In this document: positions 1 through 13,451 of the stretch, piece by piece
How positions within the stretch are numbered: the stretch's first letter is position 1
Layout: each line of letters begins with the position of its first letter
From: Setoptus koraiensis
Lineage: Eukaryota > Animalia > Arthropoda
Length of the DNA stretch: 64,000 nucleotides
Assembly (NCBI GenBank): GCA_048013815.1
Contig: CM106585.1
Location: 5,270,001 to 5,334,000, forward strand
Direction of reading: 5' to 3'
The notes under the pieces: model-generated
Told to the model about the DNA's origin: nothing
Seen by the model: the letters and a program-made list of their open reading frames with translations, nothing else
The model's database searches: none
Position numbers and translations under genes: made by a program

Positions 1-1
1 A

Positions 2-1794
2 AACCAAATACAGCGCTGTATAATTATGGCAGCTAAATTGTTATCCAGATTGGACGATTCTCAACCTAGTTCGAAAACCGAACCCAATTCGAATGCGAAT
101 ATTGATGAAAAATCCTTTGCTAGTTCATCCTCTAGAAAAACAACCGATAACCAGACTAGTGATAATGTTGGCCGAACTAGCAACACCGGCAAAAAGAACT
201 CGGATCGTGGTATTCAATTTTGCCTGAACTTGTTACAAAATTCGAAATATTTCAGCAATTTAACAAGTGATCTTGAGATTAGCAAAGCGACTCGATTCAT
301 AGACCGACAGCAATTTGATCAGGCCATTGAAACATTGAAAACAATGGAATCCAACCATAATCCGAGATCGTCCTCAATGGCAGCGACCAACCTATCCTTA
401 CTATATCTTTTAAAGGACGAGTTCGCATTAGCTCATAAATACGCCGAACATGCCATTTCCACAGACCCGTTCAATGCCAACGCTCATGTAAACATGGGGA
501 ACAGTCTGTTCCACCAGAAAAACTTTGAATTAGCAGAAATCTGCTATAACAAAGCAATCGAGGCGAATGTCAACTGCATGGAGGCCCACTACAACCTGGC
601 CCTATTGTATAGAGTGAACAATAAAATGAACGAATCCCTTCAATTGCTATCTAAATTGGAGTCCACTGTTAAATCTTTCCATCCCTTGATGGTTCAACCG
701 ATAAAGATGTAAGTAGTAAAGTTTTCATTAGTGCTCTCTCATGAATGTCTCATAGAGGAGTATTCATAAAATAATTCCATCCTACAGGACTACCATCTAA
801 CTAAATTATGTATTATGTTCCCTACATCTTTAACAGATACATGAATATGAATGACCATAAAAAATCAATAAGTTTGCTTGAAAACATGATAAATGTCAAC
901 CCAGCAGATCCGACGTTACTTATAGAAATGAGTAAATTAGCAGAATCGCACGAGGACTACTCGAACCTGAAAATTCTGACGGATGTAAGTTTTTGAGATA
1001 AAAAATACTACCAGTTTTGTTATCGTTTATTCGCCGCTATTTGGATATAGATTAACTTAACTCTTTCGCTCTCAATATCTTTTGCCGTCATTCTGCCAGG
1101 CTTACAAGTGTCTGCCATCGTATATCAAGACATTAGAGAGACTAGTTGCCATTTACATCGATGGAGGTGCTTACGAGAAGGCCATAGAGATATTGGAGGA
1201 GTGCACAATCCACAGGTAAGCACAATCAATTGAAATAGAGACTCTCCAGTTCATGATTGTGTTTCTGTCCTTATGATTTACTTATTTGTGCATACTTTAT
1301 CTATCTATAGACCTGACCAAGATAAGTGGCCCCTTATGATTGCCGCTTGTTACAGGAGGTCAGGAGATTATCACCGTGCACTGAACATTTACAGAAGGAT
1401 CAACTCAATGTTTCCTGAGAATACGATTTGCTTGAAAAGTCTTGCAAGACTGTGTAATGATCTGGGACTTGAAGAGGGAAAACTTTACGAATCTAAGCTA
1501 GCTAGGATGCTAAAAAGATCATCGCCGGACCAACAATCCAGGGTAGCAAACGATGACATGAGAGAGTCCAAATCGTCATTAGAGGGCTCTTCAATAATAT
1601 CATCTCGATCTCCATTTAATAGTTCGAATGATCTGGTCCAGCAAAATACATTCAAACCATCCAGAGAGGATGTTATATCAAGAAAGGAAACAATCATAGA
1701 GGAAGATCTACTCAAAATCTCTGCCCGACCTTCAACGACAGAGATGAGAAGGGAAGAGCCTCACTTTGATTCTGTTGGTGTCTGGGATAATTAA
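2..1794 (+). CDS. IFT88: Intraflagellar transport protein 88 (TPR protein), 3' part; gene starts upstream of the window
   Basis: Frame is open from base 2. Exons <2-708, 837-984, 1100-1215, 1311-1794 are joined by GT-AG introns with consistent phases. TPR motifs AATNLSLLY...NAHVNMGN...EAHYNLAL and C-terminal PDQDKWPLMIAACYRRSGDYHRAL...FPEN..CL..L.RLC.DLGL match IFT88. Confidence 0.9.
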
Positions 1795-1938
1795 AGAAAT
1801 TGGCCTAGCTAAGAAACACCATGAGCAAACAAAAAAAAACTGCAAACTGTAAGTATTTATTCAGTGAGAGGTCCGATTGAAGGTTCGGTCAATGACTGGT
1901 TTCCTCTTAAGGTAGAAATTATCAATTAATTGAACCTT

Positions 1939-2662
1939 CTATTGAGCATGTTTTTCGGATTTAGATTGTTCCGGTTTGCCAAGAACTTTCTTTCTTTGAC
2001 CTAACATGTACATGTATAGTTTTGGAAAGACTGCACATGCAGAGAACGAAAGATGTATTAGTATCGAGCTAGGCAGTAGTAGAGCTTTGTAACTCATGAA
2101 AGATCTACGATCTCAATTTCTACTCACATGGAATGTATGTCGCCATGACAATAGCCAACAGGTAGTGGCCATAGAAGCTGATATTTAGAGCATTTGGTAA
2201 TTCCAATGTGTACAGTTTACCTGCAGCCATGATGGAATAAAGTTTTGTAAGTATAGACAGTTCGCCTGTAACACCCAATGGATACAACACTATGAAGAAT
2301 GTATATCTGGCCCAGGTGACTATGTACGAGTTTATGTTGCATAAATTTAAGGCATAATAAAGGTAGCGTGTTGTTTCTGCAACAGGCCATGCAAACAAAA
2401 TCATCGGATATCCAATGGTCGCCCTTGTTTCGGCGTATGGCACAACAGCCATCCACACCACTATCAATCGGGACAGAATTTGCAAGAATGTTTGTATGGC
2501 AGATGATTTGACGAAACCGATTGCACAATGTATTACTTCTAGGAATTGTAAAGTCTGGAAAAATGCCAAACAGGTGATGTTTTGAGCAAATAAAACGTAG
2601 AGCCAGCCCACGAATTGCAGGGCATTGTAGGCAACAAGGTAAGAGGTCCTGAAATCGGCCAT
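1939..2662 (-). CDS. HACD: Very-long-chain 3-hydroxyacyl-CoA dehydratase (PTPLA/HACD family), copy 1
   Basis: Exons 2662-2128 and 2030-1939 with a 97-nt GT-AG intron. Motifs YLVAYNALQFVGW, LEVIHCAIG, RYTFFIVLYPLGVTGEL (catalytic Tyr/Glu) and C-terminal KLYMYMLGQRKKVL. Confidence 0.92.
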
Positions 2663-3029
2663 TCTAATGATGATTTTGTTGTTTTAGAGTATTTATATAA
2701 ATGTATCAAAAGAATTGTTGCGATAAATCATGTCAAAAGCTATCGTATGTTGATGTTTCGTAGGATGTTTTTTCCTCTTGTCCGTCTTGTTGTCCATTCA
2801 TAACACACACACACTGCCAATGCACTGTCAAAGCCTTAGGCAGGTTAATCTGGCAGATAGGCCGACTATCTGCTAAAGCAGTTTATTATTATTAGATTAA
2901 TATCATTATGAAACATACTGGTGGTATCTGTCTCGACTGTCTCATTAATCAGGCCGAGGAATATCCAGGTCGTCACTGATAATTGGATCTATTTTGGCAT
3001 TTTTTTATATCTTTCACCATTCAACCACC

Positions 3030-4056
3030 ATGATACTCCTCGAAATTAATAATCGAGTTGTGGAAGATGTGCTCCGGGTGAAGAGCTCAGAGTTAGAGTA
3101 AGTAACACAAAATCGGAATATCATCAGCATGGATGCTACAATATTACAATACTAACCGAGTCTTTAAATTCCATGTATCAACACAACAATATGCCCTCGA
3201 CAGGTCTGGTCAAAAATTAGAATCCGTAGATGTGACAGTAGCCGACTTCGACAGTGTACTATTTCATTTGTCCAATCATGAGGATGATAAAACTAAAATT
3301 AGAGTCAGCATTTCGCTGAAATTCTTTCGTGACCTTCAAGAACACGGTGCCGAGGATCTACTTCGAAGAGTCTATGGCGATCAATTGATGGAAACACCAG
3401 AAGAAGGATTCAATGTTAGTCTACTAATAGATTTAAAGAAATTACCTACTGACGTCAATGAGAAAGAGAACCTTCTGAAAAACATAGGATTATTGAAGCG
3501 TAATTGTTTTGCATCAGTATTTGAAAAATATTTTGAATTTCAAGAGAAAGGCGAGGAGGGCCACAAGAGGGCCGTAATACATTATAGGGACGAAGAGACA
3601 TTGTATGTAGAGGCCAAATCAGACAGAGTTACAGTTATATTTTCTACAGTTTTCAAAGATGAAACCGACATCATACTGAGCAAAGTGTTCATGCAAGAAT
3701 TCAAAGAGGGAAGAAAAGCTAGCCATACCTCGCCACAAGTTCTATTCTCGCACCGTGAACCTCCCTTGGAGCTCAAGAATACTGACGCTAAAACAGGTGA
3801 TAATATTGGTTATATCACATTTGTACTATTTCCCAGGCACACTAATGAGCATGTTAGAGACAATACAATTAATCTTATACATATGTTCAGGGACTATCTT
3901 CATTATCACATCAAATGTTCCAAGGCCTATATACATTCAAGGATGAGAGCAAAAACAGCAGATTTTCTCAAAATATTGAACCGTGCTAGGCCGGAGAGGA
4001 AGACATCAGAGAGAAAAACTATCACCGGCCGAACCTTCAATCGGACTTTTCATTAA
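3030..4056 (+). CDS. ARPC2: Actin-related protein 2/3 complex subunit 2 (p34-Arc)
   Basis: Exon 1 3030-3097 ([12 protein letters not shown]..), 106-nt intron, exon 2 3204-4056. Motifs [24 protein letters not shown] and [18 protein letters not shown] are diagnostic. Confidence 0.97.
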
Positions 4057-6413
4057 ATAACTACTTACAGTTTGCAGTTTTTATGTGCTCGCTTATGGTG
4101 GTTCTTTGCTCGATCAATCTCTTTAGTTGTTCCAGACACTAACAGAATCGAAAAGGGGCTCCTCATCCCTGTCGAGCATGGATTTTGAGTAGATCTTCCT
4201 CTATGATTGTTTCGTCTCTTGGCATGATTCTGGTGCTCTACTCATCTCTATAAGTAGTGTCAGATCGGTTGTATTAACATTCAGCATGTTTCAAGCAAAC
4301 TTTTTAATTTTTTTAGTCAATCATATTCATATAACTGTCAAAGGTTTCTCGGCGAGCACCAAAGACAGTGAGTTCATGATACTTGTTCCGTTCATGAGGA
4401 TGCTAGAAAAAGAACCCCCCCCCCCTTCCAATACGAACCGTTCACAATAGAAATCCTTGTTTACTTGTTTGAGAGGGAAAAACACCAAAGAGCAAACTAG
4501 GGTAAACACATTGCTCTCTGCAACCACGCGTCAAGGTTATTGTATGTTAGAGGGCTCTTTGACATCTATCCTCTGAAGCTTGTAGAACTGTATAAACATC
4601 AATGGAAATTGGAAGGTAATCATTACTAAGACCGTTGATACAAATGACGTGAGGGGCTCAACTAACTGATCTACCGGTAGTCTCAGTAATGGCAACTTTC
4701 CAGTGGTCATTGATGTTTATTCAGTTCTAAGAGTTTCTGCTGGCTGGCTGCTGGGTGCTCAAGCATTCAATTCCGTTGCTTCATATTTTGAGCACAACCC
4801 TCTGCAAACGTATCCTTGCAGAGGAGCCTCAATGGCGGCTGGCTGATCTGTCGCACGAACCCTGCGAAGAAATTGCGCTAGTTTTGCTGGCTGTGCACAA
4901 AGTGGGTTTCGGTTGCGATAACGAAGCGATTATTTAACAATTTTCGGTGCGGGATGGTCCATCAGGAAGTGTGGATGTGCCAGTATTCCCGGCCCAAATG
5001 TATTCATAGAATTGACCAGTATGACCTTAGTGACCCAGTGCGACCATTAAGATGAGGTACCGGTTCGTTGCGAGCTTGACATATCTACCATACCTAACAT
5101 GGACAAATTGAGCTCGCTGATACGGGAACGTTGCATTCCCGTCCGAGAATTTTTTAAGTGAGTGAAAGAATCGCTAAAGTTCATAGATTATCCACAACGA
5201 TCAATCGGTGTGTCTTTGGTGCTATTCAATCTCATCCGTCATAGAACAGAGTCGTCCATCGCACTGTTGCGCCCGCCGATCGGAGCCATACTAACAATTA
5301 AATCATATTTTGTATTGTTAATTTCACTGTTCAATATTTGGAATAGGGTCATTTATAGAACTGAACAAACATCAATGGCGGCTGAAAATCTATCAATATT
5401 CAAACCATCTACAATACAAAAAATTTGAGGTCTTGCGGAGCTGAACCACAACAGCAGCAACCCTAATTAACGTGAAGCTGCATGCAAGCAACTCAATAGA
5501 GACCAACCTGATGGTTCTATGTCTAGATGTCAAGCACTAATGGTAATCCTGACAATGGCCGTCAACAATCACATAACTCGTAAAGTTACATACATTTAGT
5601 TGTACTAATCCAACGACTAACTTGTGCCAACCACTCTCCCGTCGCTCTCCCATTGGGAGCACACTGTGAACAAGTGCGCGTAGATTGATTTTCAGTGCCA
5701 TCTCCTCAGCGGATTTTCAAAATGATTGTATGCGTGGAATGAGAGACACGAATAAGGGGAAGTGATCGTCTTAATTAGATCGCTGTTATCTAAACAGCTA
5801 AAACAACTTATATTCAAAAGGTCTGCAGTAAAGTTTGCCAGTGCCATGTTGATTGTGAAGATAAACAGCTAACTTGTTGATTTGGTAGCGCTGATCTGGC
5901 TTGATAAGTCCACAAGTTGGCAGCAGAAGAAGAGATCTCATTGGGTGTCTGCTACGAGCCCTTCACCAATTCACAATGGTGAGAATTTTGCAGTGGCATC
6001 GTAGAGGTTGCTCAACATGTATGTGCCGAATTAGCCACCTTGTGTGATTAAATTACAAGTGCTCACAACAGGTACAGGTGCAGCTTGGTTGTGCGTTCGT
6101 TACTCGATGCAACATCTGACTGTTGACCGTCTGTTGTGTGATACGATATTACAGCGAACAGTAGGGGAAAAAGTGGATTCTTGCTACACTGGTAAGTGAA
6201 CCGCTGAGAGGGGCAACAACTCACACACAACTGCTAGAAGAAGATCCAAAACTACGATCTTGATATGCAATCTTTCATCCAGTAATATTGTCACTATTGA
6301 TACAAGTTATTCTTTGGATTTTGCATCGGAATCTCTTGGAGAAAAAAGCTCAAAATTGCCACAATTCGCCCAATTGTTAATTTTACACACAAAACACCAG
6401 AATTATTATTAGA

Positions 6414-7137
6414 ATGGCCGATTTCAGGACCTCTTACCTTGTTGCCTACAATGCCCTGCAATTCGTGGGCTGGCTCTACGTTTTATTTGCTCAAAACATC
6501 ACCTGTTTGGCATTTTTCCAGACTTTACAATTCCTAGAAGTAGTGCATTGCGCAATTGGTTTCGTCAAATCATCTGCCATACAAACATTCATGCAAATTC
6601 TGTCCCGATTGATAGTGGTTTGGATGGCTGTTTTACCATACGCCGAAACAAGGGCGACCATTGGATATCCGATGATTTTGTTTGCATGGCCTGTTGCAGA
6701 AACAACACGCTACCTTTATTATGCCTTAAATTTATGCAACATAAACTCGTACATAGTCACCTGGGCCAGATATACATTCTTCATAGTGTTGTATCCATTG
6801 GGTGTTACAGGCGAACTGTCTATACTTACAAAACTTTACTCCATTATGGCTGCAGGTAAACTGTACACGTTGGAGTTACCAAATGCCCTAAATATCAGCT
6901 TCTATGGCCACTACGTGTTGGTTATGGTCATGGCGACATACGTTCCATGTGAGTAGAAATTAACATCATAGATCTTTGATGATTTGTAGAACTCTACCAC
7001 TGCTTAGCTCGATACTAATACATCTTTGCTTCTCTGCCTGTGCAGTCTTTCCAAAACTATACATGTACATGCTAGGTCAAAGGAAGAAAGTTCTTGGCAA
7101 ACCGGAACAATCCAAAGCCGAGAAACATACTAAATAA
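6414..7137 (+). CDS. HACD: Very-long-chain 3-hydroxyacyl-CoA dehydratase (PTPLA/HACD family), copy 2
   Basis: Exons 6414-6948 and 7046-7137 with a 97-nt intron at the same position as copy 1. Near-identical protein in inverted orientation. Confidence 0.92.
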
Positions 7138-8613
7138 AAGCTTCAATTAACTGATGATACGTGTAGAATAAGTATCTAGTTCTGTCGTTTTCCCGTTAGG
7201 CGGCCCCCACTTAGGTCTCTTTGAAGTGGTTCTCACCTCCACTCAATAAACTCAATGAAGAAGTGCTGAAGTTTAGCTTATCTATAGGTGCGATCGGCGT
7301 TAATAGTTGCGATATATAACGATAACGGCAACAACATGACAACTGAAAGCTGATGCAAACCTTTTGTTAAATTTCCCCTTGCACCTAATGCTCCAAGAAT
7401 CGGCCAGCTCAATCCAACAACTAAGCACATCGAACAAGTTTTTCCCAGTTGCCATGGTTATATATTAGCACTATTGTCACTCTCATTGCCATTTCAGTTA
7501 GGCCGAAGCACTTCAGTATTAGTGTCACAATTGAAATGATAATTAAGTAGTAGATTAATTGAAGAACAATCAAACAAAAGATGTGTAATACAGTCGTATG
7601 CGATGTCTCTATCAAATGATGTCTAACTAAGCATGGAGAAATCACTAAATAAAGTAAAATATGGGGTAATGTTGTGTCATGCTGAACTTTTGTTTGTCCC
7701 AATGTTGTCTCCTTGTTCCCTGAACAACAATATTGAATGTAACGTCATATATTCACGATTCGTGAATTCGCGCATTCGCGGGCTTCATTGTGCACTTGCG
7801 TTGCGGAAGCGATGAGGTCCACTGTCAGTCGTGTCATATGAGACAGCCAGAAAGTCTGTGCGAACTAGTGAAACACAAAATGGGGGACGTTATGTTGCAC
7901 TGACAGGGTCTTTCACAACATTATTTTTGTTGGACGTGGACGCCTGTGTGTGTGTGCTCATTCCGGCTAGCCAGAGGGTCAGAGCATGTTCACCGTAAGC
8001 ATTTCGTTGGGACGTCGTGGTTTTTGTCCAGACTCTGACACCTCTTACAGTACTGTAATGTCTGACTATACAGCCACTGCTGCCAGCATACTGTTGTCAA
8101 AAGATAGAGGTCGCAATGTTGTGCGTGAATGGAAAACGTTCAGTAATTATAGTTGTGTTCAGTGATTATGGCCGCAACCCTGAACCCGGCCAAACGAGAG
8201 GACACCCTAGAATGTGTAATGGACTTGAATAGGTCGCAATCGGCAGCAGACTGGTCCAATGCGCATTACGAAGCCCGAGCGTCCAATGGCGATTCAAGCG
8301 AGCCATGTGTCAGTTGAAACGATAGAGCTCGGCGAGAGAAATCGAACAGGCAAATAGTTGTGGCTCGTAGGACCGCTTCCGGTGTACTGATGATGGCGAT
8401 GTTCAGGCCCTTTAGGCACGCCGAGCTTACGCATACCTCTAGCGCACAATTTTGGGAGACCCTACACATTCTGTTGTGCTTTGTGTTGTCCTTTGGTCCG
8501 ATGTTCGATGTTGGAACTATTCGCTTATACGCAAACACAGCACAAAGTATCGGATGTATAGCAGTGAATCGAAGCCAGAGTGTAGGCGTTTTGCTCAGCT
8601 ACATTTGTGAGTG

Positions 8614-9270
8614 ACACACACACACACACACACACACTCGGCGTAGATAATTTTAGTGCTGGAGTGTGTGTGTGTGTGCGCGCGCTATGTATAGTGTGCG
8701 CTATAGCTGGCTGCTGTATGTGGAAGTAATGGGGACGGCGAAGGGAACGGAGGGGGCGAGAGCTGTGCTTTTAGTCAGGCGCACACGAGATCACACAGAG
8801 GAAAGAGAAGTGAGAGTGCGGAGGCCTTGAAGCGTCCAGAGAAGACAATATAGCGAACGGTTGTCGCATTGTGAGCTATAATTGTTGGTTCGCCGAGTTA
8901 GCTGGCTTGCAGAACGCAGCGGCGGCAGCAGCAGCGCAAGCTAGCTGCGAGCGCACACACACACACACACACAGACGCACACACACTGGCACGCACACTT
9001 ACACCATTTAGGTTATATGGCTTGATCATGTAGTCATAAAGGCTAGCGCTAGCTGTTAGTTCGCTGGCCAAGTTGCTGGCTCTAATAAGCTTGCACAACG
9101 ACACACACACACACACAATGGATGGTATTTCGCTGCCATTGCTGCTCTCTATACACTTCTGTATTCGCCATACACACTGGCAGCCAGTGACTGGCTCATT
9201 CGCCAGCGCTGGTTCGCTAGACCGCGCACACATTCGCTCAGTGTAAGACACACGCACACACACACACACA
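8614..9270. repeat. Cluster of (CA/TG)n microsatellites upstream of the basigin-like gene
   Basis: CA/TG runs at ~8614-8637, 8663-8678, 8952-8985, 9101-9117 and 9246-9270. Confidence 0.85.
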
Positions 9271-9985
9271 CTGCACTAATACTAATTCGCCCGCTCGCTA
9301 GTTGTGCTAGTTTGTGTTCTATAGCTCTCTGTATCGAGCGCAGTCTATTGTAATCTCTTGTGTCCCTTGTATGTTCTATATATACACACTAATGTTGCAT
9401 CCATCTCGCTGGTGCCCGCTGCTACTGCCTGGCCGCCCCTATCTGCGCCCATCTGTACAGTAATGTTGTTGTGTGTGTCGTCGAATTTTAAAAATTAGCT
9501 ACTCAAATCGAATGTTGCAAATGTTGCGAATATTGCCTGCAGCCAGTGTGATTGAGCGACTGCATTATCGTTATTAGTGCCGTCGTCGTGGAGCATAATC
9601 GAATAAACATAATCACTGTATTGTTACACGGCAATTGAGTCATTATCATTGTTATCACAAATATCGCTGCGAGGGCCCATCGAACGGCACGCACGGCGCC
9701 CGAGACGAGATATCGATATTATTTGCATTGCGGTCGGTTGAGCATTATTAAACCGATTGATTCGATTCGATTTGATTCGATCCAAACAATTCGATCGATC
9801 GATAGCAGCGCCGCAACGACTAGCGATACAAGCACCACAGGTACAAATATAAATATACTACAAATTACAAATAATTACTATCAATACAAACAAACAAAAA
9901 TATTCTACCAAAACCATTCTACAACAGCATCATTGCGATCGACCTAGTGTCGCCAGTCAGCAGGCGCGAAGCATAGACATTGAAC

Positions 9986-11530
9986 ATGAGCATCCACAAG
10001 GGCAACACTGAATTTGGAGACAGGATAAACAAATTGACCATTTATAAGTGCCAAACCAGGATCCAGGCTCCTATCTGTAAATTGGTACCGGAGGCGAAGC
10101 CGTTGCAAACTGTTCCCACTGTATCCGCTGTGCCCATCACAGCAAACAACACACTCGTAATGGACCAATGCACACTACAAACAACAAACATGGCCGCACC
10201 ACAAAATCATCAGGCCGCACCAACCGAAACCACAAGGGTCTTGGCCAATAACACAAGTTGTACGGATTGTAGACCATTGTGGCTGACGGTGGCACAAACC
10301 CTATCGCCACAAACCAGTGACAACAGCGCAAGCCATGATGACAACAATGATACTCGAGTTACTAAATTTATTCAGCAGCAACAGTCAAAACGAAAAACGC
10401 CATGGTTATTTGCTATATTATCACCAAATCAAAATCTACTATTATCACAATTATCACCAACCCAAAGCAAGGAACACAATAATGACAATTGTCATCTCAA
10501 TCACTCTAATCATTCGCTAGTCTACAAAAACAACAACTATAGTCAACAACGGATCACCAGCAACAATAATTCAGAAAAAACAACAACAATTCTATCAACA
10601 TCGTCACTAGTCACCAAAAGGAGATCTTCAAAACAAACTCTACACACTATTTTGTTTTTATTGTCGCTATTGCTCTACACTATATATCAATCAATTACAA
10701 ATCATCAAACATCAGCATCATCTTTCATCGAGCTAGCATCAGCTAACCGTATTGTTATTAAGCCGGCGGATAGAGTTGTATTAACGCCAGGTCACGAGCT
10801 GTCGCTCCGCTGTGATGTGGCAGACTATCCACAAACTCAATTTAGATGGTACAGAGTTAAGCAAGTGGCAAAAAATGCTGAACCTCAAATGGATCAACCT
10901 CAGGAAGAGGAACTTCTGCCAGACGATGACAGATATGTTATTCACAACAATAACATTATTATAAGATCGCCAACACTAAATGATGTCGGTGATTATTATT
11001 GTCGCGTCTGGCCCGCCGATGTTACCGGAATTGAAAAAGAAAAAATGGTCAAGGTACGAGTCAGACCGTTTATTGAAGACTTCAAATTAGCTACAAGCAC
11101 TGGAAGATCGGCTGTACTAATGGAAGGTGAACGATTGGTACTGTTCTGCAATGTCATGGACGACTATTCTTCAAACGTTGACATTCAATGGTTTAAATCG
11201 AAATTTCCCGATGATGAAACAGAAATGGAGGAAATCTCAAACGATGGGGGCCGCTTAAAACTAGAATCGGTCAATGCCACCAGTAAATCGCTGACAATCG
11301 ATTCTGTCACCAAAGACGATCGAAGTTTTTACAAGTGCCAAGCAGCCAATGGTGTCACAGACAATAGTAAAGTCATCATGATTAGAGTTAGAGATAAATT
11401 AATAGCTCTATGGCCAACTATTGGAATTATTCTAGAGCTAATTATTTTGTTTGGTGCCATATTTATTGCAGAGAATCGCAAAGTAGAGCCAGACTTTGAC
11501 ACATCCGGCAGAAAAATTATACAAATGTAG
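9986..11530 (+). CDS. BSG: Basigin/neuroplastin-like Ig-superfamily membrane protein (2 Ig domains + TM); true start uncertain
   Basis: Hydrophobic segment TILFLLSLLLY, then two Ig domains (LRCDV..FRWYR..DVGDYYCRV; LFCNV..IQWFK..DRSFYKCQA) and a TM segment LWPTIGIILELIILFGAIFIAENRK carrying the intramembrane Glu typical of the basigin family. The ORF-track start at 9980 is TTG; first ATG is 9986. Confidence 0.75.
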   Translation: MSIHKGNTEFGDRINKLTIYKCQTRIQAPICKLVPEAKPLQTVPTVSAVPITANNTLVMDQCTLQTTNMAAPQNHQAAPTETTRVLANNTSCTDCRPLWLTVAQTLSPQTSDNSASHDDNNDTRVTKFIQQQQSKRKTPWLFAILSPNQNLLLSQLSPTQSKEHNNDNCHLNHSNHSLVYKNNNYSQQRITSNNNSEKTTTILSTSSLVTKRRSSKQTLHTILFLLSLLLYTIYQSITNHQTSASSFIELASANRIVIKPADRVVLTPGHELSLRCDVADYPQTQFRWYRVKQVAKNAEPQMDQPQEEELLPDDDRYVIHNNNIIIRSPTLNDVGDYYCRVWPADVTGIEKEKMVKVRVRPFIEDFKLATSTGRSAVLMEGERLVLFCNVMDDYSSNVDIQWFKSKFPDDETEMEEISNDGGRLKLESVNATSKSLTIDSVTKDDRSFYKCQAANGVTDNSKVIMIRVRDKLIALWPTIGIILELIILFGAIFIAENRKVEPDFDTSGRKIIQM

Positions 11531-12473
11531 CTGCAAAACTGTACAACAGCACTCACTCACTCACTCTTTAAGCTAGATGCGAATTGATTACATCTGAAGA
11601 ATGGTATTTATATCCCGGCACAGTTGAATTGAATCATCGCATCAATTTTTACAATCGACATTATCACAAACTTTACACATATTCTTTTATTTGATCTATA
11701 TTGAAAGAAGAAATCCAAAAATGCGTCAGCGTTGACCACCACCGTTAAAACAAATTCTAAAAACACTCTTTTATGGGGTTAGTTATTGGTATTGATGCTA
11801 CGTTAGTTAGTCAGACTTGTTATATAATATTGATATCATCATCAGTATCACCATCAGCACAATAACTGGCGAGTATTCATTATATTGAAGTATTGTGCCC
11901 CCAATATTAATGCATTACTTTTATTGAACATTCAAAGAAAGATTAGGATTGTATGTTGGTTTAGATTATAACCAGTAAGTTAACTTTAGAATAAAGTTCT
12001 ATCTGTATAGAAGATGTCAATTCAATGCTCTGAATCATGATTGATAGTAGGAGGAAGCGCTATCTCATTTTTTCGCTTGTTTGCACAAATCTTGGAAAAA
12101 GGCTATCAGGAAGCTAGATATGATAATGCCAAAAACGCCGGTAGATATATGAAAGAATTGAAAATAAAAATGCAAAGTCAACACAAATATCTGTCAGTTA
12201 ACCGACAAATCCAATTGATTAATAGATTAGAGAAATTCAATCTATCATCCTGGCAAAATCGATCTTTTGATTCGCGGTTATTGACAACGCAGCGGCGCGA
12301 AAGTCAAACGAGTAAAGTTCTGAAAATCACCTGGTGCCTGAAATCTGAAACTCTAGCAAGTTAGCGATCATATGGTCCACTAGATGTTCAGAAATCATAC
12401 ATTGGTGAAATCCTCTAGACTTGCGTCATTATTTTGGAATCGTTCCGTATGACAATTCAGGCATAAGCCGACC

Positions 12474-13034
12474 ATGGCCAATCTTTCACAGAATTTCGCC
12501 AAACTCAAAGTGGATCCAAACAACACCATCATATGTAAAGAGAAGACAATTATATTGGGCGATGTCACCATTGGACAGGGCTCTGTGATACACCCTACAG
12601 CCGAAATTAGAGCTGAGAAGGGCCCTATTATTATAGGTTGCAACAATCTAATAGAGGAACGTGTGACTATTATCAATTCGAACAAAGACAACAAGCCGCT
12701 GATCATTGGCGACCACAATGTGTTTGAGGTGGACTCTCATTGTGAGTGTCTATCCGTAGGCAACAACAATCTCTTTGAATCTAAATGTCTAGTGAAGGGC
12801 AATGTTATTATAGAGAACAACTGTGTCTTAGGAGCTGGTTGTACAGTCACATCCACTGAAAGAGATCACCTAGAATCGTCAACAATAATATTCGGGCGTG
12901 ATTCGAAGAGGCGAGTAGTCAAGAACCTTCCAATCATGTCACAGGGATCACAGTTGGACTTTTTGAGGAAGATTCTGCCTAATTATTTGAAACCATGGTG
13001 CCGCAATCCCGGTCCAACGATACCCCAGAGATGA
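12474..13034 (+). CDS. DCTN6: Dynactin subunit 6 (p27)
   Basis: Left-handed beta-helix hexapeptide repeats, GDVTIGQGSVIHPTAEIRAEKGPIIIGCNNLIEE, and C-terminal QLDFLRKILPNY. Single exon. Confidence 0.93.
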   Translation: MANLSQNFAKLKVDPNNTIICKEKTIILGDVTIGQGSVIHPTAEIRAEKGPIIIGCNNLIEERVTIINSNKDNKPLIIGDHNVFEVDSHCECLSVGNNNLFESKCLVKGNVIIENNCVLGAGCTVTSTERDHLESSTIIFGRDSKRRVVKNLPIMSQGSQLDFLRKILPNYLKPWCRNPGPTIPQR

Positions 13035-13451
13035 AAGAAGTCTAATGTTTATAGTAGTATTTAAACGCTCTCTGATAATTGGCATTCGAAAAAAAACCTC
13101 CATTGTGTGGGGTAGGTTACAACATTCTCCGCTTGCATCGCCAAAATTATCTTTTCTCCCGTGCTGCAATTCGATTGAGATTTGAATTACTCAATCTCGA
13201 CCATAGTCGCTATCGGACTTGGTTATGACCACTAGCAATTTCTAAGATCCATCTCTACGAGTCGGAACAGTTGTTGTTCAGTGAACTGAATAATAAATTT
13301 GTTCGGCATAATCAATTCTCAGTCGCTCTAAACTGTCTAAGCTTGCTATTAAATCACTAGTCGAGATTCAATTTTATTAACTCCCAAAAGCTGCATAGGC
13401 CTTTCAAGATGAGTGTAAAATGCATAATGAGTAGAAAGTTGATCGATGTGT

